Positions 1 to 7,743 of a DNA stretch of 12,696 nucleotides are shown piece by piece. The stretch is taken from positions 1 through 12,696 of the forward strand of contig CBFGMF010000002.1 in assembly GCA_965649825.1 (NCBI GenBank). The letters are read 5' to 3'. Source of the stretch: Penicillus capitatus (Eukaryota > Plantae > Chlorophyta). A program made the position numbers and the translations under genes. A model generated the notes under the pieces. The model made no database searches. It saw only the letters and a list, made by a program, of their open reading frames with translations, and was not told the origin of the DNA. Within the stretch, counting starts at the first letter, position 1. Every line of letters begins with the position of its first letter.

Positions 1-731
1 GGGGACATGGTCACTGTTGGCTGTGGGGAGGGACAGGCAGACCACTCCATGTCTGACGGCTGTCCAGGCTGCGATGCAGGAGGATCTGCGTGCTGCGTGG
101 CCGGCGGAGGATCTGCGTGCTGCGAGACATGTGGTGCAGCTGGCGTCTGGAGAGGCGGCGATGCGGGCTGCGCGGGCGGAGGCGGCGATGCGGGCTGCGC
201 CGGCGGAGGCGGCGATGCGGGCTGCGCGGGCGGAGGCGGAGCAGCAGGCTGGCCCTCTTGGGCCAGTCGCGCTCTCCTGTCCTCAGAGGACAGGACCCTC
301 GCCCGCCGCACAGGCCGAGGCTGTGCGGGTTGGTCCCTATTGGGACCGAACCGCACAGGAGGGGTCTGCGCGTCGAGGTGCGCTTGACCCCTCAGAGCAG
401 TAGTTTGGGCTTTGAGAGCCCAAAACAACTGCTCCCTCTCAGCCTCGCCCATCCCCACGAAGGCCCTGGGCGGTCGATTGCCCAGGACCTCCGGCAAAGA
501 CACTTGGGAAAATCTAAAAGACACACAAGGGTCAGAGATGTCTCGAAGAGCAGACCCGCCGCGCGCTACGGGGCTTCTCGACTGCAGCCGGACGCATGCG
601 TGCGCATGAAAAGCGTTCTGGCCGCAGTCGAGGAGCCCCGTTGCGCGCGGCGCGTCGAAACATGGCCAGTGGACTTACGGTCTTCCGGGATATCCGTAAT
701 CATCCTCGGTGGTCATATGTGCGTCGGCCAT
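1..731 (-). CDS. Hypothetical Pro-rich protein, 3' end runs off the window. Exons 731-679 and 513-<1, with an optional 48-nt cassette exon at 617-570
   Basis: ATG at 731 (MADAHMTTEDDYGYPGRP), canonical donor CC|GTAAGT at 678, and acceptor with CTGAC branch and pyrimidine tract (CTCTGACCCTTGTGTGTCTTTTAG|) at 514, all phase-compatible. The downstream frame is open to base 1 (FSQVSLPEVLGNRPPRAFVGMGEAEREQLFWALKAQ...PPPPAQPAS x3). TATAAA lies ~80 nt upstream of the ATG. It is absent from the ORF track because it has no stop in the window. No family recognised. Confidence 0.55.
79..239. repeat. 27-nt tandem repeat (coding minisatellite), two subtypes
   Basis: GAGGCGGCGATGCGGGCTGCGC(G/C)GGCG occurs at 152-178, 179-205 and 206-232, plus a partial copy. 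The related GGAGGATCTGCGTGCTGCG occurs at 79 and 106, again with period 27. Confidence 0.95.
553..656. repeat. Long inverted repeat / fold-back hairpin inside a predicted intron
   Basis: 557-589 is the reverse complement of 620-652 with 3 mismatches in 33 bp (one is G.U on each strand). The stem extends outward (553-555/654-656) and inward (590-595/613-619), and there is an ATGCG/CGCAT mini-stem in the loop. Confidence 0.9.
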
Positions 732-807
732 TGTCTTCGTCGCTTGCGTTCGCAGAAAACAACAGAAGAAACTCGAAACTCGAGTGCAGAAGGTCTGCGA
801 CAGGACC

Positions 808-813
808 TTTATA
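808..813 (-). promoter_or_regulatory. TATA box of the left-hand gene
   Basis: TATAAA on the minus strand (CCTATAAAGG context) in a GC-rich region, ~80 nt upstream of ATG 731. Confidence 0.6.
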
Positions 814-840
814 GGCCGCCTCGGTTACCGAGCGCGGCCT
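813..840. promoter_or_regulatory. Palindrome abutting the TATA box
   Basis: AGGCCGC-CTCGGT-T-ACCGAG-C-GCGGCCT: 7 bp + 6 bp inverted arms with a single bulged C. Confidence 0.5.
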
Positions 841-992
841 GCGGGTGGCGGCTAGGAACTGTCGCCGTTTGGCGGCGCCTGCATGCGCTGTCGGACAAGG
901 GAATCGCCGCCAGATCTCCGGAAACGCAGGATGCTGCCGTCGGGATGCGCGACGCGAACGGGAGAGCGCTTCTAGAAGCTTTGCAAGGAGTT

Positions 993-997
993 TTACA
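993..997 (-). terminator. Putative UGUAA polyadenylation signal
   Basis: TGTAA on the minus strand, ~12 nt after the TAG at 1009-1011. UGUAA is the known chlorophyte poly(A) signal, but this 5-mer also occurs by chance. Confidence 0.45.
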
Positions 998-1008
998 GGC
1001 AGGATTCT

Positions 1009-2577
1009 CTACAGTTTGTCCGTAAGCTCCTCTCTGAGTGTAACCCGCATGCGTTCTCTGCGGCCTCTCAGACGCGATTCTGCGAACGGCGAACCGTCCG
1101 AAGTCAGCTCCGCGTTGCCCGGGCAGAGGAACCATGCGGGCGTTCTCTTTCGCAGAAGCGGAACGGACTCTTCGTCTAGACGGCCGTCTCTTGCGAGCGT
1201 CTCCGTCGCAAACGCCGTCGAGAGAGCGTTCTGCGCGGTGTAACGCGAATCGGTTCGAGGAGTTGGCGTGCGTCCTAACTCCCTCGAACATGGAAGGCGG
1301 ACCAGAACGGCCGGCCTTCTGCGACAAGCAGACGGGCACGGAGTCGCCGTTTCGGTTCGCGTTTGCGCACAGCGTCGAAAGACTGTTTCGGAAGTCGCCG
1401 GTCGCTCCGATCAATGCAGTCGGTCGCGTTTTGCGTCTACTGTGCAGGACTGCCGTTCTGTCTGCGAAGCTATTCATTAGGACTGTTCTCGAGTACAACC
1501 TGTGTGTTTGCGCTGTTGATCGCGGCCGAGGCCAGTTGCCATCCAGTGCCATCGCCTTCTTTCATTCCGGCGTTCCACAGTACGGAGTGCGCCAAAGAGG
1601 CAGGGTGTCATTGAAGGGGTGGTATGCTGCTGCATCCTCATTGGAATCCTCCGTGACGTTCCATTTTAGTGTCTGGCAAGTTCTGAGGTTGTGTGTGAGG
1701 CTGTGACGGAGATCGTCCGTCTTCTGTTCGGAGACCACCACTCAGGATTCTTTGCTGTGAAAGACGAACAAGTGACGCCGATTGCTCTGAGTGCGTGGTC
1801 GTTCTAGGACGATGTCGTCGGTGCTGGCGATGATCTCTTGTACGTTAAAAGCAGTGAGAAATGCGTGAACGAGACCGTTTTTCGTCAGCTTTTTGCTTGG
1901 CCATTTGGACTGGTGATTCGGGATTGTTGACAGAAGAAGAGCGATGCTGAGAAGGCCATCCCAATGCCAGACACGGTCTCTTGGCTGGACGAAGCGAAAC
2001 CAATACCACGATCTTCATTCAGGAGATCGTGGAGGAAGGCAGACAACAACAATCCATGTGATTTTCTATAGAGATTGTAAATGCATCTGGACACCTGCGG
2101 TGCCTGTGAAGGTCGACTACGCAGGTCACTGACTCATCCTGCAACACATGTGAACTGGACGACCATTTCAGAATCTTCGATTTCGATCGTCAGCCGAAGT
2201 CTGGAGTCAAGCTGTCGGGTTCATTCGAGATTCAAGACTAATGCTTGCTACATGCTCTGTCCGATGTCGAATGTCCTGATCTGATAGTCTGTCCTTTCTG
2301 TTGAGCATCGCCCAGGCGCGTTGGCTCGTTGCCTTTAACAATAGAGGATCTATCGTTCTTAAAATTGTACGTAATTCAATTTCCGGGTCGATATACGTAA
2401 CAAAGGTCGACCTATGGTCAGGAGGGTATCTTTGTTGAAACGCCGCTTGTATATTTTTTTCCCACTCTATCACGGCGCAGGAGCCGAGAAGGAAGAAAGC
2501 TCTTTAGATTTAGACGCTAAACCATGCTTTAAGAATGCGCCTTTGAGCCCTGCAGGGGGTCGATGGTGATGTGCCAT
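1009..2577 (-). CDS. Multi-exon hypothetical protein; internal exon structure only partly resolved and could be two genes
   Basis: The minus strand is the A-rich strand here. Protein-like segments can be joined by typical-length GT-AG introns. At the 5' end, ATG 2577 plus intron 2522-2467 (56 nt) gives MAHHHRPPAGLKGAFLKH|EWEKNIQAAFQQRYP. The middle exon 1984-1811 reads PRDRVWHWDGLLSIALLLS...FNVQEIIASTDDI. At the 3' end, introns 1499-1437 (63 nt) and 1289-1231 (59 nt) give ...RLLVAEGRPFWSAFH|NALSTAFATETLARDGRLDEESVPLL...REELTDKL*, followed by TGTAA. Junctions between ~2250-1990 and ~1750-1500 are ambiguous. Confidence 0.45.
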
Positions 2578-2650
2578 CGATCCCTTGCCCTCACTGATCA
2601 AGAGGGCACAGTTCTCGCTCTGTCATCAGACAAGTGCAGGAAAACCATTC
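2533..2650. other. Predicted four-way-junction RNA structure (unassigned)
   Basis: P1 2549-2554/2635-2640; P2 2555-2566/2574-2585 (12 bp, 2 G.U on +); P3 2586-2592/2602-2608; P4 2621-2624/2629-2632; outer stem 2533-2537/2646-2650. Confidence 0.4.
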
Positions 2651-2837
2651 CCTAGTCTTTTCACTGTCCAGGGGAGTTGTATGAAAACTTCACAATGTGG
2701 CGCACCTGTGCAAATTAAGAATGCTATGCTGAGAACAGAGCTTTTCACGGAGAGAATCGTTTCGTTTTCGAGTGTCTTTATGACTCGGACGGCAAACCGT
2801 GCACACACAAATCTACGCACGCTCAAGAGTGTGGCCT

Positions 2838-2842
2838 TTACA
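2838..2842 (-). terminator. Putative UGUAA poly(A) signal of BTA1
   Basis: TGTAA on the minus strand, ~200 nt downstream of the BTA1 stop codon. Confidence 0.5.
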
Positions 2843-3042
2843 ATCAATCAGCAATCTTAATACGACCACCGTTGAATCGATACCGTCAATACTGAATGAA
2901 TCTCAGAAAAAGAGATAGGCAGGTTCGTATCAGAACAACACCAAGCCACATCTACAGTGCTCGCAGAAAAACCACTGTAAGATTAAAGAATGTAGCGACG
3001 AGGAATGTAAGACACTGTCTGTCGCACGTCAACGTTTGATCT

Positions 3043-5477
3043 CTACATCTTGATGCCCAAGTAGAATCCGTTGTACATATTCACCTTATCCATGTAATGT
3101 CCTCCCTGATCTGCTCTTTTTACGCATGTCACATGGAAACCGTGATCTTTCAGCATCTTGACGTATGGAGGGCACAGCGATGCAGAACGGAAAATAACGC
3201 GTCCTCCCTGAATGACTTGCTTGGACAAAAGCTGTATCACTTCGAGGGAACTCTTTTCGTCTAGCCAGTCAATATGATCCATCAGAATGACCTACAGAGA
3301 GAAGGCGGTTGCACCGAGTGCTTTGTCATAACACAGGAGCAAACCTTGGAGTATTTTCTCACGGCTAGCTCATCATTGAATTTTCCGTTTAGAACATGCA
3401 GCCGATCTATGGCTGTCGATTTAAGCTTCTTAAAGTTATGCTCCCTTAAGTAAGCTGGACAGTTGCTCTTTGTGTAATGTCCCTTCAAGCAATTGTAGTA
3501 GAAATAATTTTCATTCTTCACATGCGAGTAACGAGCCACCCCATCAAAAGTGCGTGCAACGTATGAGGGCAGTGTATACCCATCCTTTAGGATCAGCTGG
3601 TACTGCTTCGTCGGCACACCAGCACCAAACCACAGAACAAAGCGATTAAAAACCATGGAATGGACGAAGCGGACGACAAGCGAGATGAAGAATTGCGGTC
3701 CGGATTGAAAAAAGCGGACAATCCACATCTGATCCCATAGGTATCGTTGTTCCTAGAAACCGGCACCGAATGACATCCGAAGCTACAGCTGTCGACAGTG
3801 GATGGCTCACTTCAAGAGTATTTGCCTCAACGAGGGCGTCTGTTTGATTTGCCATGCCTGACAAATAGATAATGTACTGTACCATCCAGCACACTTTCCC
3901 CATCCCTCCTGCGTAGTAGAGGCCGCGTTTGAAATGGTATAGTTTTCTGTTCCAGAAGTCAATTGAATTTTGTGTCATGAAAGGCATCAAGTGTTTTCTG
4001 TAAACGCTGTCGATGTTTTCAAACTTTCCTTCACCGAACATTTTCCAGACTTGCTCGAATTCCAAGTTTTTAATGGCAACAATTTTGAGTTCGAGCAAAG
4101 CACTCTGGGCAGGATTGCAGTCCACGGAGTAGACCTCCTTCGCGTCGTGCAGCACCAAATTAAGAGAATTGCATCCTCCGCTCGTCAAGGTCAAACAGAC
4201 ATCGTTTTCGTTGATATTCAAGACCTGCGCGTCCGCGTCTGGGTCCTCCCATGACATCGTGTACAAAAATGTCGGAGGAAAGAGTGGAGGGGCTTGGGCA
4301 CGTCGGACAATATTGTGCACATGACCTAAACATCAGCCGCCGCCGCCATTGGCCCGACGGCGTATTCATATTGCTGTGGATGCTCTCACTTGAATGCCTC
4401 TTCCCAATCCAGACGTACCACGGCACACGAAGATAAGGGACATACGGAATCGAACCCTGTGCCAAAGATGAGATCTCAGCGAAAGAGATCTCTGGCAGAA
4501 AGCCATCTGTGCACTTGTCCATTGTATTCCCATTCCATGTCCATTTTGCAGTCGAGGTAGTTGCGCCGTTCTGGTCCAATATCAATGTTATCGGTATCAA
4601 AGATAGCTCTGCGCACCAAAACATGTTTAATAGGGCCTGTCCGTCAGCAAGAAGAGATACCTCCAGAAAAAACGCCTCACCCAGCTCATCTGACGTAATG
4701 GCAGATCATACTTAGACGATACAAAGAAATCACAGACACCGAAGAGTCCGCCTTCATCCAAGTACGAAAGAGCTCGATCGACAGCCTCGTGAAAAGGAGG
4801 TATCACTAGAACAAAGCGGAAAAACCATGCATTTCTCCTGGATCCCATAGAGAAGAGGTGGGGTTCACTTGAAAGGGAATAAGAGAAGGTGATCAGTGTT
4901 GCTTTCTGATCTTTCGGTGTGGCGAAGGTGCACGCATCGGCCTCGATCACCTGCACATTTGTCCACGAGTTCTTCTTAACCTTGTGCTGCGCCTGTTTGC
5001 AGAGGGAATGGCAAAGATCCACAATGTAGATTTGCTTGAAATCTGCGATGGGAAAGAACGCGTTCATCATCTGCACATTCTCCTGCGCATTATGCGTAAA
5101 TGATGGATAGATATCCTGGAAATTGGATCGTACTCCTGTGCCGCCTCCCAAATCAACCCAAACAACGTCGCGAACGTTGCGCAGGCGCGCAGCACATGCT
5201 GCCAGGAGTGGCTCTCGTCCCCAGAGGAACTTCTTGCGGAAACGGTCATCTAAAAACGGCATCTCCCGAAACATTTTTGTCAGCATAGAGTAATACAGGC
5301 ATCGGCTTGTGGAGCGTAGAATGTCTCGAGACGATCGGCGTGGCTGTCGCCGCGCGATTTAGCAAACCACATCGTTTTAAGCACCGTCAGATCTTTTTTT
5401 AAGTTCGTGCCGAGCGCTTTCATTTTGTCGAGGCGTCCTGCAGGACGCAGCACGAATCCATCTCCTCCTCGTCCCAT
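3043..5477 (-). CDS. BTA1: Betaine lipid (DGTS) synthase, bifunctional BtaB-like methyltransferase + BtaA-like 3-amino-3-carboxypropyltransferase, 662 aa as spliced
   Basis: Exons 5477-5297, 5249-5134, 5082-4869, 4805-4661, 4608-4515, 4456-4390, 4325-3811, 3752-3345 and 3291-3043 (1989 nt, in frame). All eight introns are GT-AG, 47-64 nt. The protein tracks Chlamydomonas BTA1 end to end: MGRGGDG..., RLETFYAPQADAY, VWVDLGGGTGENV (SAM motif I), FSYSLSMIPPF, PTFLYTMSWEDP, LTLTSGGCNSLNL, VDCNPAQSALLELK, NYFYYNCL, ILMDHIDWL, YMDKVNMY. Confidence 0.97.
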
Positions 5478-5601
5478 GATGGCCGCAAGAACGTTCGATA
5501 GTAAGGAACGGCGCGAACGCAAAGAGTCAAGAAATGCTCTGGTGTGATGGCGACCACCAATTAAAGATACAGGAATAATGCGAGCATGTGTGGGATATGC
5601 C

Positions 5602-7542
5602 TCATTTGGCTTTGACATCGTGACTCCTGTCTTCTGGCAGTAGAGCCACGAAAAACAAAGGCAGCAAGTTGCTAAAAACGCAAATCGTCGTCAGAAGTCC
5701 GAGATGCGAGAAGTCCTGATCTGTGACACCGAGGATTTTCGTCAGCCCGGCTCCTATAGACATAGATGTGACGTGAGCAACGGAATGGAATGACTTGCCG
5801 AGGAGGCCGCTTGCAATGCCTCCCCCGTTGCAGATGCTCATGAGGAGAGCAAAGAGCGTTGCCTCGACGCCTTCCGGGCATAGCCGAGTTGCCAGGACCA
5901 AGACTGGCATCAGTGCCACTTGACCGATGACTTGAAGAACAGCATTGTCCCCAAGGACAAATAGCTCATCGCTGAGACCAAATTCTTGGTTGATGCGACT
6001 GATGAGAATAAGCTGAGACATGCCGATGCACGTGCTCAGAATACAACACCACGAAAAGACTTTTTTCAACGGGACGGAACGAAGATAAAAACGGTAGATG
6101 CCTACGCCACAAAGATGTGCCACTTGTCCAATGAGCGCCACACGTCCCATAAACTCTGGCGTAAAATTCAGTTCGTTCGTTTCGAAGAAGAACATGGCAG
6201 ATCCGGCGTTGGGCATCGCCTGTAAAACCCAGGACAGTTCAAGAGAGTAGACTGGCACTCCGCACGCACCTCATACAGGAAGATAAAAATAGCTGGCATC
6301 AATACTCTCTTCTGCTTGAAGGCTTTCCACAAAGAACTGATCTGAGATTTCACACTGAGTAGTATTCCTTAGGGACGAACGACACAGAGAGAGTCAGTTG
6401 ACTGTTCGTTGATAGAAACCTGTGGGAATGCCATCGAGCAGAGGCAATGTTTCTTTCTCTTGCGAAACAGGGAGGCTTCGATAAGGCTTCTCATTCACAA
6501 GGAAAGCACTCACGGCAACGAATAAAGGAAAGATAGACATGGTCCGGAAGACAAATCTGGGCCCAAAGGCATCGACAAAGTATCCGCCATAGTAAGAACT
6601 GACGATGCCGCCCAGAGCCATAGACGACCAACAGAGAGATTGCAGGGAACCTGAAGTCTCCTGATCCAACATCGATTGCTCAAAAGCGAGTCATGGAAAG
6701 GGGGAGGGCAAAGCACTTGCGGTTCGCCTCGTGCACGTTCCACGACAATCGAATCGATCACAACATCACTGCACGCCGTTCCAACGGACGAGACAGCAAG
6801 CATGACAACAGTTGTATAAGCTGTCATTGTCGTCGTTCCCAGCAGAAACCACGATACTGAACCTGCATGGGGTTTTGGTCAAGGCGATCGACGGGTGTGG
6901 AAAGAATAGGCACCTAACAATCCACAGATGACGAGATATGAACGTCGGCGATAGCCAAACAGTGGAAATGCATCGCTTGCAAATCCATACAGAGGTTTAA
7001 TGATCCACGGTATTTTTCCAAACTCTTCAAGAAAGGCCACCTAAGCAAAAACACTCATGCCACCATTCCTCCGTTTCGAGAAATGCCTGAGAGGGGCCTT
7101 GATTCAGCTCATCTTTCAGAAAGTAAGAGACAGCGAGCATCGACAGAGAAACAAATCCCTGGACGAAGTACACTGGCAGGGCTGTGATGGACGGGTCATG
7201 AAACTAGACAGTACCCAAAGAGATGGCCAGCAGTTCCGGTGAAGCAGAGCGTCGCAGCATCTGTCCGATGTTCTTGATTTCCCAAGTTTGGGCGTCGTCC
7301 ATCTCCCCTTCCACTGCTTCGGTGCTCTCACTCTCCTCCACGGGTTTTATTGGGATAATTTCTTTCTCGGGAAATGTTGGTTCAATTATATCACGACCGC
7401 TTTCGTTAGGCATCAGCACTTTCGATAGCTTTGAATAGCGGTGGTTAAGTCGAGGCCGAAACGACCGAGAAGGAACGACATGAGGACAGAGGCGACTTTT
7501 CTTGACGGCTAGTGTTGCATGATTGCGCAATCGTGATGCCAT
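5602..7542 (-). CDS. FBT: Folate-biopterin transporter (BT1/FBT family, MFS) with probable plastid transit peptide, 532 aa as spliced
   Basis: Exons 7542-7215, 7172-7087, 7040-6914, 6862-6717, 6660-6420, 6367-6270, 6219-5799 and 5753-5602 (1599 nt, in frame). Hallmark motifs: [81 protein letters not shown]. The N-terminal ~50 aa are Arg/Ser-rich and poor in acidic residues. Confidence 0.93.
5754..5798 (-). other. GC-AG intron (FBT intron 7, 45 nt, in frame, no stop)
   Basis: G|GCAAGT donor, CTCAC branch-like motif, TATAG| acceptor. Removal restores GLLGAGLT as in plant FBT; the nearby GT (5794) would frameshift. Confidence 0.85.
7041..7086 (-). other. GC-AG intron (FBT intron 2, 46 nt)
   Basis: CAG|GCATTT...TTTTTGCTTAG|GTG. 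This is the only junction I found that restores the frame and gives the 18-residue KD-to-PW spacing remembered from Arabidopsis FBT. Confidence 0.8.
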
Positions 7543-7635
7543 TCTGCCAAAACGAACTCTACGCTATGTGAGAGTTAGTTAACTCTTTCTTCATGATAGA
7601 CGACGACATCAAGCGGTTCCACAACAACCCAGCCT

Positions 7636-7640
7636 TTACA
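7636..7640 (-). terminator. Putative UGUAA poly(A) signal of the TPR-SGNH gene
   Basis: TGTAA on the minus strand, ~104 nt after the stop at 7744, within the 201-nt spacer. Confidence 0.5.
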
Positions 7641-7743
7641 GTGAACAAAGAACCACTCAATCTTATACCGTACGAAGTCTGTCTCGGCATGGAGATGGTG
7701 TTTGAGGCCTTCCATCTGGGGATCCCTTTTCTCGATGCTGGCA

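Noticed and set aside
79-239. CRISPR-like array
   Set aside because: The repeats are contiguous with no unique spacers, the context is eukaryotic, and there are no cas genes.
7-1025. Plus-strand ORFs 7-387, 17-403 and 90-1025
   Set aside because: Long open frames are expected in GC-rich repeat DNA. The promoter and splice signals point to the minus strand.
1948-1950. Cys-TGA on the plus strand as a possible selenocysteine
   Set aside because: No selenoprotein-like fold context, no convincing SECIS downstream, and the region is likely antisense to a gene.
945-2071. A plus-strand multi-exon gene model (GTAAGC donor at 1022, pyrimidine-rich acceptors at 1155, 1447 and 1580), including ORFs 845-1243, 1134-1706 and 1363-1614
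   Set aside because: The plus strand is T/C-rich, as expected opposite a coding strand, which creates false acceptors. The product was unrecognisable, and the minus model has better protein-like segments and a terminal TGTAA. It is not fully excluded.
2623-2629. Hammerhead ribozyme core CUGAUGA on the minus strand
   Set aside because: No stem II followed by GAAA and no matching cleavage triplet.
2549-2650. U1, U11 or U3 snRNA/snoRNA identity for the junction
   Set aside because: There is no ACUUAC 5' end and no Sm site. The U3-like box words (UGAUGA, GAGCGAGA on minus) lack correct spacing, box A and box D.
4470-4492. GAGATCTC-N7-GAGATCTC palindromic repeat inside BTA1 intron 5
   Set aside because: Too short to separate from chance, and no functional context.
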